DNA from: Hydrolagus colliei
Lineage: Eukaryota
DNA length: 64,000 nt
Direction of reading: 5' to 3'
NCBI GenBank assembly: GCA_035084275.1
Contig: CM068747.1
Span: 23,436,001 to 23,500,000, forward strand
A program made the position numbers and the translations under genes. The number at the start of each line of letters is the position of its first letter. The stretch's first letter is position 1. Positions 50,101 to 63,159 of the stretch are shown here, piece after piece. Under the pieces are notes generated by a model. That model did no database searches. It saw only the letters and a program-made list of their open reading frames with translations, and was not told the origin of the DNA.

Positions 50101-53100
50101 CAGATCATCCAGAAATCTGCAACCTGTGTCCTCTCCCGCTCCAGGTTCAGTGACCCTATTATCCCTATCTTCGCCCAACTCCACTGGGTTCCCATCACCC
50201 AGGATACAATTCAAGATTCTAATCCTCACCTTCAAAGCCCTCCATGGCCTTGTTCCCCACTAGCTGCATGACTACCTCCTAACCTGCTAACCTGTCCACT
50301 ACCTCTGCGGCGTGCTTCACGTCCCCTTGCCCTCCCTACCATTGGTGGGCAGGTTTTCAACCCTTGGGAACTCCAGACCGCAAGCTGTCCAACTCACCAT
50401 CTCCCTTGCCTCCTTCAAGACTTGCCTCAAGACTCTCTTCAACTGTGCCATCGATCACCCTCCTGCTTTCCCCGATTCCGATCCCACCCCCCAGCTCAGG
50501 TCCGAAACACTGATTGTCCAACGCCTTGGGACATATTCCTGACGTGAAAGGCGCCAAACAAATTAAATTTTGTTGGTTTTGCTGTTGAAGCTTTGTGGGT
50601 AGGGTAAAACTGGTTTTGTGAAATCTGGTAACTTCTTTTTCAGCTACCCTATGCCAAATTCCCAGCCCCTTTGCTCAATGCCACCACAAAATCAAACCAA
50701 CCACATTGGCATACTACAGGTAAGAGCGGAATAGATTGCCTCCTTTCCTTCGGTTTTGTTATTTTAATTGGAATGTAGTATTTGGGGATAACGGTTTCCA
50801 AGAATATTTAAAGAAATTTCTGACTTATTAAGTTATCGTCAGTAACTTATTCCCATTATAATAATAATAATCCTTACATTTGATATAGTGCTTTCCACAT
50901 CTTATCGACATATCGGGAGGAAGGGGTCAGGGTATGGGGAAGGAGAGTAGGAGAATTGATTGTATATTTGTGGGCGAAATGTTATAGGATCATGGCTTAT
51001 AAGATTTGTCCAATGAAATGACTAAATTATGGTTTACTAGGAAATGGTTGTGCAGAAAGGATGGAGAATTCCGGAGTACACCTTTACCCAGGAATCGGGC
51101 CCCGCTCACAAGAAAGAGTTCACGATAATCTGCAGAGTAGAATCATTTGTAGAGACAGGTAAGAATCGTCACAGATGAGTGTGAACATTTGAATTGCAAA
51201 AGCCTTTGTAGGATATCGTAGCTTGAAAAAGGCATTTCTAATTCACTATTTTTGAACAATGATCGCAGAATATCTTGGAAAAATACAACTAAGAACATTC
51301 ACAAACGAACATTGTCATGTTGCATGCATTGATTTGAGGTCTTCTGTATTAGATTTGGTGCTGTCTTATTAGTTGTTACGAGGACACCATTGCTAAATAA
51401 AATTCCAAAAATCTGGTTCTGTCATTCAAGACATCTTTTGCAGGGAATGGACTACAACCCATTGATTATTGGATACAGTTTGGTGTTTGGATATAAAACT
51501 AATATCTTCCTGAATGAACGAACCATAATGTATGTATGCAGCAATATTATCCATTTAATACACAGGAAAATATCATTTTTTTAACACCAGCCTAGATTGG
51601 CAAAACAAATGCTCTGTACCAATCAATACTAACTGGTTATTGCCAAGTTTTCTTTTTACTGATTGGAACTTGTATTTGCAGGTTAAAAAAAGATTTAACA
51701 GTACAGATATGAGATTTGTTTTTGAGCGTTAAGCAAAACCAAATTTTAGTTTTATGTTAATTCTGATTCCAATGTGTAGGCTGTGGTACCTCAAAAAAAT
51801 TAGCAAAACGAGATGCTGCAGAAAAGATGTTTGCAAGACTACAGAATATTCCTGCAGGCTGGATGGAAGGGGAGGAGTTGGACAATGGTGGCATCTCAAT
51901 GGTAAGCTACAGTGAACGTACATGGGAGTTAGAGATTTGTAGGTAACAACTACAAATTACAATTGTATACCACCTTTCATGTCAGGAGGACCCAAGGTGG
52001 TGGTTGGGATCAGAAGGGCAAGGAAGGTAGAGATGGAAGGGTGACCTAAGGTGTAGTTGAAGAGGAGTTTCTTGAGACTGGCCTTGAAGGAGTCAAAGGA
52101 GGGTGCAACGCAAAGGGAGTGTGGGATGGAGTTCCAAATGGTGGGGCAGAAGCTGAAAGTGCAACTACCAATGGTGGGGCTGTTGGGGCGGGGACATGGA
52201 AAGGCCACAGCCCGATGAGCAGAAGGAGCGAACAGGTCGATATGGATGAATAGTCCCTTGACACACAAAGCTACAGCATTTTTTGTTAAATGAAAACTTG
52301 CCAACAGATGTGTAGCAAAGTTGGATTTGCAGTTTTCGAATGCAACCCAGTGGATTGACCTCAAGCTGGTGGGAATTTCAACTGTTGACTGAGTCACCCA
52401 GATGAGAAGTTTTGTATACATTGCAAGAGAGAGGGTTTTGACGAAAAGGTGAAAGACTAACTTTAATCTAGGATACTGTAATATTGACCACTTACCTCAG
52501 ATCATTTTTTCCCAACAATGCACAGCAGCTCGTGAACTTTATTTATGTAGCAAGAATAACTTTATTTATGTAGCAATAAGTTCTTTAAACACTTTTAAAA
52601 ATGGATATGCACGTGCATGGGTGTTATATCATTATCCACACTCTCCACTGAAATTAAAGCCACCAATTACAAATACTTATTCTAATTGGGGTTCACTCTC
52701 TGTATAAATTGTTTTAGTTATTTTGTTGGATCCTTAAAACGATCCTGTGCCTCAAAACAAGACTCCCAAACAAGAAGAACTTTTTTATGAAAGAAAACCG
52801 TTGTTTAAAAAAGTTTCTAGTTAGTTTTGAGAAGACAACATGTCAGCAAAATATATTTTCAAACTTATTTATGAATTCAGAGTATTAGAAGAACTAAATC
52901 AGTTTGGTTCATATTCTAAAGAAGCACTGTGCTTCAGATACCTGGAAATAAATGGGATGGTCCACAGCCAAAAGCTTGCACCTGGGACGTATTAAGAAAT
53001 TCACCTGGAGAGAAAATTAACCAGCTCAAGAGAAGCCCCCTCAGCATTCCTAATTCCGACTACACCCAGATGCTTGAGGAAGTGGTGGATGAACAAAGAT

Positions 53101-55448
53101 TTGATGTCACATACCTGGACATAGGTAAGTCTGTTGTGCCAGACTAATCTCATCATGTTCCAATGCTGCCATTTTGTTAAAAATGGACGGATTTATTTAG
53201 CATGTTTTGTTTGCGAAAATCATATTGAAAACTAAATACTGTATAACTGCCATTCAAAATGCAATTATAGTCACATTTCTTTAGTTTAAAACAAATTGTG
53301 GTGTTTTATAAGATCCTCTTAATTTAAATTCTGGCACAACAAATTGCATTTATATAGCACTTCACGTCAGGATGACATCCAGAGGTGCTGGAGGACGTCC
53401 TCCTGACATGAAATGAGCTATACAAATGTAATTTTGTTGTTGTATAACAGCTCTGAGCAGATTTCAGTTCAAGTCAGTTGGAAAAAAAAATGTTATTACT
53501 TATTTTATGTCGTCCATTAGGGGATCAGATTTTTACAATAACGCTGCTTTTCATCCTAATCTTAATTTAAGGGGCTAAACAATTCTTATTTACTATAATT
53601 CTGTTTTCAACACTGGATTGATTTGTATTTTAAATATATATGTATGATTGTTGAATCATATTTGTATCTTTCTAATCAATGTTTGATTTAGTTTTTTCTT
53701 CTGACTTCAACTGAATTCTGCTCAGAGCTGTCATGCGTGAACCACCTTGAAAGAGTGGTTGCCTCCCAGCTCCGCCTTTTCCTTTCAAATCATTCACTCT
53801 TTGAACCCCTCCAATCAGGTTTCCGCCCAATTCATAGCACAGAAACTGCCCTGGTTGAGGTTACAAATGACATCCTAACCGCCTGTGACCAGGGCTCCCT
53901 CTGCCTCCTCGTCCTCCTTGACCTGTCTGCTGCGTTCGACACAGTCGATCACACCATCCTCCTCCAACGTCTTTCCTCCCACCTCAACCTTCAAGTCACA
54001 GTCCTTGACTGGTTCCATTCCTATCTGACCCACCGTTTACACTTTGTTTCTTCCAACGGTTTTTCTTCAAAGCCCCGCACAGTTTCTCACGGCGTCCCTC
54101 AGGGCTCTGTTTTAGGCCCCCTCCTTTTCACCCTTTACACGCTCCCTCTGGGCGATGTCATCCGCAAACATGGGGTAAATTTCCACATGTATGCGGACGA
54201 CACCCAGTTGTACCTTTCTGCCTCATCCCTCAACCCCCAGACCATCGATGTTCTGACAGCATGTCTGTCCGACATCGAGTCCTGGACGAGGGACAACTTC
54301 TTGCAATTGAACGTGAGTAAGACCGAGGCCCTCCTGATTGGCTCAAGCCATCGCCTCCGCACATCGGGCGCTGCCAGCCTCAACATCCAAGGCTGCACTC
54401 TCCACCTCACAAAGCCAATCAGGAACCTCGGCATCATGTTCGATCAAAAACTTTCCTTCCTCCCCCACATCCGTGCCTTGACCGGCACCGTTTATTTCCA
54501 CCTGCGCAACATTGCCAGGCTCCGCAACTATCTTACCCCCCGCGCTGCCGAAACACTCATACACGCATACATCACCTCGAGGCTGGACTACGGAAACTCT
54601 CTCCTCGTCGGCCTCCCCAGTTCCTCCATTCACAGGCTGCAGGTCATCCAAAACTCTGCAGCTTGTGTATTATCCCGCACCCGCCTCCGCGACCATATAA
54701 CCCCCACCCTCGCCCGTCTCCATTGGCTCCCCATTCTCCAGAGGATCGAGTTCAAGATCCTCGTCCTCACCTACAAGGCCTTACACGGCCTTGCCCCGCC
54801 CTATTTAACCAATCTACTTTCCCCCTACAAGCCCACCCGGACCCTCCGATCAACAGGACTTGGTCTGCTCCAAGACCCCGCCCGAACCGCCCCACCATCG
54901 GAGGCCGGGCCTTCAGTTTCTCCGCTCCCACCCTATGGAATGCCATCCCTCAATCCCTCCGTCTCGTTTCTTCCCTTTCCTCTTTCAAGGCCGGTTTGAA
55001 GACTTTCCTCTTCGACCGTGCCTTTTGTTCCACCCCAAACTTTTCGACCTCCCCTTCGTGTTTCACCCCTTCCCAAACACTCCCCTCTCAGCTCGGGTCA
55101 CACGCCTCCTGTGCAGCGCCTTGGGACGTCCTCCCGACGTGAAAGGCGCTCTATAAATGTAATTTGTTGTTGTTGTTGATTGTTCATTTTTAAAAGACTC
55201 TTGCTACCGTATACTAACAATGATGGTTGTGAGGTCTTCTGTTTATTTCGAAGGAAACATGAAAAATAAACAAATTGTCTTGCGTTACAGATGAGCTAAG
55301 TGTCAATGGCCAGTATCAGTGTTTGGCTGAACTCTCAACTCAGCCAGTTACGGTGTGCCACGGGACGGGAATCTCTCGAGGTAATGCGCACAATGATGCT
55401 GCCCACAACGCCCTACAGTATTTGAAGATTATGGCTGGAAGAAACTAA
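47120..55448 (+). CDS. PRKRA: PACT, protein activator of PKR (three dsRBM-type domains), about 328 aa, 8 exons
   Basis: Exons 47120-47172, 47662-47831, 49467-49569, 50644-50719, 51041-51158, 51780-51901, 52938-53124, 55291-55448 (TAA); phases consistent. Motifs [10 protein letters not shown]...[15 protein letters not shown]; GWRIPEY...GPAHKKEF...[12 protein letters not shown]; [14 protein letters not shown]; [23 protein letters not shown]...[13 protein letters not shown]. Synteny favours PRKRA over TARBP2. Confidence 0.96.
50010..50586 (+). mobile_element. Decayed, internally deleted L2 LINE fragment in PRKRA intron 3
   Basis: CATGGGGTCAACTTCTAGATGTATGCAGATGACAC (YADD region with stops), CTCCACTGG...TTCAAGATTCT...CTCCATGGCCTTG, and the L2 tail; homologous to 54140-55178. 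Confidence 0.88.
51945..52240 (-). mobile_element. L2 LINE 3' fragment in PRKRA intron 6 (antisense)
   Basis: Minus translation [40 protein letters not shown] (L2 ORF2 C-terminus); tail CCTCCTGACATGAAAGGTGGTATACAATTGTAATTTG. Confidence 0.85.
53740..55178 (+). mobile_element. 5'-truncated L2-clade non-LTR retrotransposon (RT domain and 3' end) in PRKRA intron 7
   Basis: RT motifs [44 protein letters not shown] (54190-54201), [22 protein letters not shown]. One frameshift near 54875 moves the C-terminus [17 protein letters not shown]...[10 protein letters not shown] to another frame. Ends in a stem-loop tail plus (TTG)n. Confidence 0.95.
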
Positions 55449-58267
55449 ACACTCAAAAGGTATTTGCTCACGTCATTTCGACACCATGAAAAGGAAATAT
55501 TGAACCCATAAGAAAATATACTTTTACGATCAATGGATGTGAAACAAAGTTGGACAGAGGATGTTAAAAACACACTCGAAGGTCTGGTTGGAAACTAGTT
55601 TGTGTGTATTATTGAGAATACTGAGTATTTGCTTAGTATTAAAAGGCTGAACAGACTTGGACTGTTAAAGGAGTTATACAGAACTTTGCAGAAGCAGAAT
55701 GTGTTCGACTAATATTTCCGATTTCTGCTTTGGCCTGAAAGGGAGTGTGTTTCTTCCTGTAGGGAAAACAAAAATGCCTCAAATGGATGCCTGTGTGTGT
55801 GTATGTGTGTGTGTTGCTTTTTTTAAAAACAAAAATTGCTAATATGTGCAGTAATTTTGTCCATTGGAAATATCTGCATGATTCAAAAGATGGACTTTCC
55901 TTTTTAAAAAAATCATATTTTTGGTTAAATGCTGTAAATAGAAGCTCCAGATATTTTCCTTGAATCTTTCAAACAAAGGATAATTACTCCCCAGTGAAGA
56001 ACATGGACCCTCAGGATTTTCCCCCAATATTATAAATAACTAGCTTGGTGCCAACCATGACTGGTCTACAGAGAGGTTTAACAGCTGCTGCTGAAGTTCC
56101 ACATTGCCAGCTGGTAGAACCTCTGCTCCATATGTGTCTCCAGACTGTGGTCATGAGGACGGTGGCCATTCATCCATTTTTTATACCTATTTATGGTGCT
56201 CAGAAGGAGTTGTGTCTAGGAAGGGGTGGAATGTAGTCCACAATATTATAGCACCTTGGAGCAGTAGGCACTTGTTTGTACCAGTGTTCTGCATTCGTAG
56301 ATTATTCAGGTCCTCAAGCCTTCAGCTCTTGTCAACTCCGTTAGATTTACACCTAAATTCTCTGGAATTAGAGGAAAATGTGCATCCATCCCTATGATAT
56401 GAACTACAATCTGAAAATCCTTCTCATAAACTTCCTCCTCACAACAGTTTTTTAAATACTTACGTCACTTACTGTTTGAAGACTTGAAGAGTCTAACTGA
56501 TGCTCTGTTGATTGATTTAATAGAAAGATTATTTTCTGAATAATGTGGTTATATCAAGCCTTTAAAATCTGGATCTGCACAGCAACAGCTATTAATCATA
56601 TAAACTTATCATTGTATATCATTGTATTGTATCAAGCAATATGATTCATGGAACTCAAACACTCTGAAGAATCTTTAATATAGACAGCAAAGCAAATATT
56701 ATAGTATCTCATAGTATCTCAGACCTGGCCAAAGTCTGTTGTTGCTGCTCCTTATTACAAACAAAATACCCTAGCACGATCATTATCCTGTAGATTACGG
56801 TAGGACTTCACTCAAGTGAATGGGCGAGAGTGACCTATTTAGTGAGGTGACCCGATTACTGAAACAGGTCGGGTAATTCAGGCTGATGTAACGTTAGTGG
56901 CATTGGTTATGGGCAAGGGTGATGAACATTCAACAACCCTAATTTTCAATCTCATTAAAATAAAGGCATTGTTACATTTAAAATAAAAGCTGTCATGTAT
57001 TCAGTCTACTTTTTGAGAATCCATCCAACTTGTGTTCTGCGAATGCTGTAGTTCACAACTAACTCTGACCTTTGCCCTTGCTATTTTTGATTAAGTCCAC
57101 TCTCTCATAAATCCTTCCATGGTGGCATGTTTACCACCATGGAACAGTCACTAAATCAAAACAAGCAATGTACACACAAATCATGTGCTCTGAATACAGC
57201 ACTTACCAAGAATTGTCCAAAGCTCAGGTTAAGCAGTGGGCAGCGGGGAAAGTTTATTTCCGCTCACGCTGCTTCTGCCATCCCAACACTCCTTGCCCCA
57301 AGCATGTGCAACCAGAGCCCACTCCGCCCACAGTAACATTGTCCAAGAACAACAACAATAAAATTGTATAGCGCCTTTCATATCAGGAGGACATCCTGTT
57401 AGTAGTGGAGGGGGGTGTTTCTACTGTGTTCGAGACAGAAGAGGGCTCTGTAGCAGCCGCAATCAATGATCGTTGACCTAAGTAGTGAGGTGCCTGGTTT
57501 ACTGAAGCAGGCAGCCAATCTTCTAATATTGACAATGAAAGAGCCTGAAAATATTCCTGCAATTGTGAGGTGGCTGGATTACTGAGGTGACCGCAAACCA
57601 TGTTTCTACTACACTTTATAATCTTCCTTGTAGAACATTTAAGAGCCTTGGTTAAAGTTATCCTGAGCTATTTCTCTCAAACAACATCAGTTTGAAATTC
57701 AACGGTATGCCATGGTGTCAGAATTAATGTTTATGAAGAATAGTTATTTAAATCATATGTATCATGAAAGCATCCATTTCCATCAACCTACAAAGACACT
57801 GCACATGTTCGCTATTTTGAGATCATTTGGTTTTACTTCATTGTTAATTATGGAAAAATACAGGATTATTTATGAAATGCAATCCAGAAGAGTAAGGACA
57901 CTTATCTGTGAACTGACATTAATTGTGTGTAAACTGTTTATGGCCAAGCAACAAATTGGCTGAAAGTGTTTGTAAAGCCTCAAAAAATTCATCTGACAGC
58001 ATGGACCGCACAAATTTTTTTTGTTTTGTCTGACATCAAAACAACAGTTACTTTTTTTCTGTAACTACTTAAATCCTGGTGTATTTTACTGGCTGAAAGA
58101 GAATTGTAAATGTTTGTGTGTTGTCAGCTTTCTATTTTATAGTAAAATTAAAAGCAAAATAAATGTGTGGTGTGAATTACACACTTGTGCATTGTCAGGT
58201 TATGATTTTGACATTTGTCAAGACGTTTAACAGTAATTTCCAAAGAAATGGATGTAGACTAACACAT

Positions 58268-58440
58268 TTAACAACAACAACAAAATTATATTTGTAGAGC
58301 ATCTTTCACACCGGGAGGACGTCCAAAGGTGCTGAACAGCCAATACTCAAGCATGGGGGATGGGGGGGCAGGTTTGGGATGAGGGAGGGCAGAGGTAGGT
58401 GGTGTGGCTGAAGGCACGGTCGAAAAGGTGGGTCTTGAAA
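58268..58440 (-). mobile_element. L2 3' fragment between PRKRA and OSBPL6
   Basis: (CAA)n-ATATTTGTAGAGCATCTTTCACACCGGGAGGACGTCCAAAGGTGC...AAGGCACGGTCGAAAAGG, reverse complement of the L2 end; a shorter tail lies at about 57345-57397. Confidence 0.8.
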
Positions 58441-61400
58441 GATCGACAAATTAATGCTAATAATGTCTAGACAACTGATATAACTTTCACAGGTAGAAAC
58501 TGAATAAAAGTAGTTGATGTGTACTCAAGTATGTCAAATTGTGAAAACATAGCCCACGTCATTTTTTGTAGAAAGATTTTAGCGTTCTACGATTGATGTT
58601 TCAAACAATCAGTAATAAATGATTATTAGCATCAAATGTGTTTGCAGAGGATTTTTGCGTCCACGATGGTCAAACCTTATGGAATAGAGACAATTACATT
58701 ATTATGTCATCACATATGGAATATCAAGTTTGGTGTGTAGCATTATTAGAAGTAGAGGTGTATTTGAGGTTATATTATTATTATTATATACCATATGGTG
58801 GCGGGGAGATCTTTCAACTGATGTTTGGTATATTTGCTACATCAAGAAGGGATGTGGAGCCATGGCGAGAAAAAAGTTATTTTTCATCCAATTTAAAACA
58901 ATAAAATAATCGAGTTGACAGATAAAAATAATTGAGTTGAAAGACTATATTTTATACCCCAAAATAAAATTGACATCTTGAATGTGGCTACTTATTCCAC
59001 ACAAATTGAATTCAAAGGACGTTTGCATTTTTTAAAAAGAAAAATGACTGTTTTTGATGGTGCCATACTGTTTTATTAGAACAAGCACAAATAGCAGCAG
59101 TTTACAGAATATAGTAAGGAAATATGTTTATGCATTAGTTAACAATTGCACTTCTTCATGGGTCCTTATGAAAATGCACTTCAGTAACCTATGTAAGCAT
59201 CACCATCAGGTTTAGCACCAGTCACTTCGTTTCGGGCTTCTAAGAGAACAAATCATGGTAAGGCATTTGTAACATTCACTGGCAGGCTAATTCTTACTTG
59301 CACATGCAATTTAATTTACATTGTAACAGATAAAGCAATGTGGCATTATCTCTAAACAACAGATAGTAAAAATCCATGATTTCCCACTTAAATCAGGCGC
59401 AGCCTGAAAACGCAACACAGTAAATAGCTGTCAAAGAATTATAGTACTATCTGTTCACCGCTAAGCCCACTTACATACCAAATATACTGTCCCATATTAA
59501 TGATCCTTTAATTTACAAAGAGTTCCAGCCAGTCTTCGGGAAGGGAGCGCCGAATGAAATCAGAAATAAACAGACTAAATAATGTTGAATAATAAGATTC
59601 CAGTAATGCAGAACATTCTTCACAACTGATATTTAGATACAGTGTAATGTGTGGATAAGCACCGATTTCCTTGAACTTTAATCATCTCTTCAGTTCATAT
59701 AACCCTAACAAATGTGCAGAATTGCATTTTCTTTTTCAACAAAACCTAACAGTTAGGAATGTCAGGACCGTTATTAGGCAATTAAAAAAAATGTTGAAAT
59801 CAAAAGGAGGGAATGTTTCATTTTCCTCTAGGTGAATTACATATTAAGATTGCTAGACAACCTAATTCATGAAAAACAGTCTGAATTAGAAAGCGGTTAT
59901 ATTGAACCCTTTGCTTTACATATATGTGCCTACTTCTCTACTAAAGACTATTTAGTTATATTTAATTTTGCAGCAATTGGACCTTAAGGCACTCGAATAA
60001 ATTATTTTTCACAAATGTCAAACCCAAATGAATACAGTAAAAATAACTAACTATTGCACTGATTAAATATTCCAGTGTAATTCCTTAGAAATAGAATGAA
60101 GAATATCTGAAGAAATTCAAATATGTTGGAAGGAACACCGACATGAAAAATGCTAAAATTATAAACAAAAATATTATTTTCATAACCGATAAGAATAAAA
60201 CAAATAATGAAGATAAATGCAAGTTAAAATCATTGCAAAGGTGGAGGAGGAACCTGGAAAAAAGATTGATTAATACTATATTATAAATGCAGATCAACTT
60301 TATTCACAGAATGGGCAATTTCAGTGCAACAGCAGAATGAATGATAATGTTCTCATTTACTCTTGAAATACATTCTGTTTTAAAAAAAATTTAACTTATA
60401 TGCACATTTAAGACAGATAGATTCTAAAAGAATTTTAAAAATGCTGTGGAAGTATATTGGTAAAACCTGATGGTATTTACATTTCTTCACACTATCTGCT
60501 GTGTGCACTCCTTAGAAAATACACTTATAACTACAGCGACGGAAAAGTAACGACTTCTATGCAGTGCAACATGGACTGCAACAAAGGTTGAATAAATTTT
60601 TACAAAAGTGGGTCAATAATTGTAGTTTATATACACTTAATATATACCCTTAACTGGGATGTTCCCATCCATAAACCTAGCTACACTTAAAGGTAAGTGT
60701 GAGCTCTTTATCATTCTAATCTCTGAAACAAATCTATCCCCTGACCCTCCCAATGAATCCCGATTCAAGAAAAAAAATCATGGTATTTAGTAATAACTGA
60801 AGAATTGCACTGCAACACACAATCTTAAAACCCTACACGGAACTACTCTTCACTGCCTATTCTTTTGGGTGTCCCAACTAATGGATACAAACACAGCATT
60901 TGGAACAGATGATGATTCAAAATTAAGAAATTCCACGAATCTTTATCAGTAATGGAAAATGGGAGCCCATACAATTTAATGACTTTCCTTTGACGTACTG
61001 ATACACATTGTCAGTGACCTAACATAGCTACAATGGAAACACAATGGAAACTAACACCATCAGTTAAAGAGCAAAAAAAACATTTTTGTCCAATGCATTA
61101 CAACTAAAAGATTGAATATAATTCTGGACTGGTTGTCTTTCCTGTAACAAGGGATGGGGGGGTGAGAACAGCAAAATTTGAATTCGGACAATCTAAATAT
61201 ATTCTGTCAGCATAAATTCTGCATTATTCCGTTATAAAGAGTAAGCTAAATAAGTTTTGTTTAAACAAAATAAATCAGCTAGTTGTCTGTATAGGTTATT
61301 ATTAAGTATAAAAAGAGTAACTACTGTTCTCGCATAATTTTGTTGCATTTTAAGATTTGCAAGCCTATGTTCGTGGACTTCACATAAGAAAGATTCCAAT

Positions 61401-62635
61401 TGAATTTTGGGCAGCTAGGCGTGCGTATATATATCCTGATATGTAATAGAGCCTAATATTTGGAATGGACGGTTATTTGGAATCTAATGCAAAGGATAAA
61501 ATAGATGCTGCTGTTAGTGAAATGTTAAAACAGTAATGATTTACACCAGCAAAAAAAGATTAGCAATCAGAAATCCAGAAAAGATCTACAGTACTTTTTT
61601 TTAAAAAAAACAAATGGAAACATTAAAACTTTCATGAAGTTTAAGCAGCTAATAATGTTTCAGTTTAAATACCTTCACAAGAACAGACAAACGCTTCTTA
61701 ACGGGAGCATCTTGTGTGCTGAGCAACACAATCCATTGATCTAACTGTGGTGTTAAGTCAACAGTCAAAGGGAAATGGATTTGTCTCTGTGCAGATGTTC
61801 CCTTCAAATGAATGTTCAATAACCAATTTCTATTGAACTAACTTCAATCACGTCTCCCAGGCAGAACAGGCTGACATCAAACTACAAACCATTGATTGAA
61901 ATCAATTCCTAAATAACTGATGTACTTAACTGTTCTGCTAATTGATGTGCCTTTTTTTCCCTGTTTGTGCATACATGTTGGATATAAAAAAAAAGACATT
62001 TTTTAGCATCAAATAGTGCATATATTGCTGATGAATACTAGACGCAAACTCAAAAGATGACACTGAACACAAATATAGGACCACCAAAGTGATGGTAGGC
62101 AAAAGCAATTACAAATGCTTCATGATATGTTTTAGACCATTAATAAATGATGACCAGTGACCTAATTACTCTTTTGTACTCGAGGCACATTAATCTTTGA
62201 TATAGTACATTACACTATTTGTAAAGTGGTTTGACCTAATGTAGATTCCAAAAGAATGAATTTACTATTTTAATGCACGGAGAATGAAGATGAAAAGCTT
62301 TAGCAAAGAAATAGCTTGACAAAACGTAATAAATGCTTCTATTAAGACTAATATGCTCTATAAATACACGGCTGTTACACAGCCTTTCCTAGACATTGTG
62401 CATTCCCTTTAAATGACACTTTTGGTTTACCAAAAATTCACAGCTTTAGTGTAAAACAAAAGTTGTAACCAACAGTGTTTTGGGTCATGACAGCAGATGT
62501 CTGTTATTACAGACACACTTAGCTTTCAAGATGACCTGCTGAACTCCATGACCGCAATAAGCTATATCAAATAGCAAACTTTATGCATAGTTAATATTTT
62601 CTTTCTGAAGAATGTTAGTTTGCCTTCATAACCAA

Positions 62636-63159
62636 TTACCAGAGTGTTGAACTTTCTAATTTACTGAATCCAGGATCCTTTCGTAGTTCCCAGTAGCTTC
62701 CGTTGCTCACCCACGATTCCCTTTGGTTTCCCTCAGACACTTTCCTGCGAAACAAATAGCAATAATCGTCTTGACTTTTGATAGGAGCGTCTCGTCGCAT
62801 TGTCAAACGTCTCAAGGCACTTCACACTATTTACAATAAACTGACAATTTGGAGGTGAATGTTTGTTCTCTTCCAAATAGTCGCTGCACCATTTCTCTGC
62901 ACAGTCTTTTAAGTCGCTTTTGTAAAGAGAAATGATGAGTCAATCAAAGCTTTTCATAAATTGCCACACAATTTTACTTTGGCTGCAGTTACTGCAAATG
63001 CTTCCTGAAACGTTCATACGCCTGAATGTTACTCACTTGAAAAATCGCGGCTGGTGAACAATATTATTTTCTTCCATACATCTCTTCCGCTCTCTCTGTA
63101 ATTCCTCTATTCTACGCTTCTCAGATGCTGCGCTTTCAGTGTTTCCTTCTTCCAAGTAT
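62636..63159 (-). CDS. OSBPL6: Oxysterol-binding protein-related protein 6, last two coding exons (5'-incomplete)
   Basis: Exons 63159-63037 (YLEEGNTESAASEKRRIEELQRERKRCMEENNIVHQPRFFK) and 62744-62636 (KVSEGNQRESWVSNGSYWELRKDPGFSKLESSTLW*), the ORD C-terminus of ORP3/6/7; position next to PRKRA indicates OSBPL6. Not in the ORF track. Confidence 0.92.

Noticed and set aside
53737-54999. Reverse transcriptase as a domesticated gene or retron-like system
   Set aside because: 5'-truncated, frameshifted, intronic, with a typical L2 tail and many related fragments nearby: an ordinary retrotransposon copy.
59000-62635. miR-33 and miR-27 sites in the presumed OSBPL6 3' UTR (reported regulators in mammals)
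   Set aside because: I saw only 6mer or 7mer-A1 matches (e.g. TTCACAG on + near 60303 and 62437) in a long AT-rich region whose UTR end is unknown; not distinguishable from chance.
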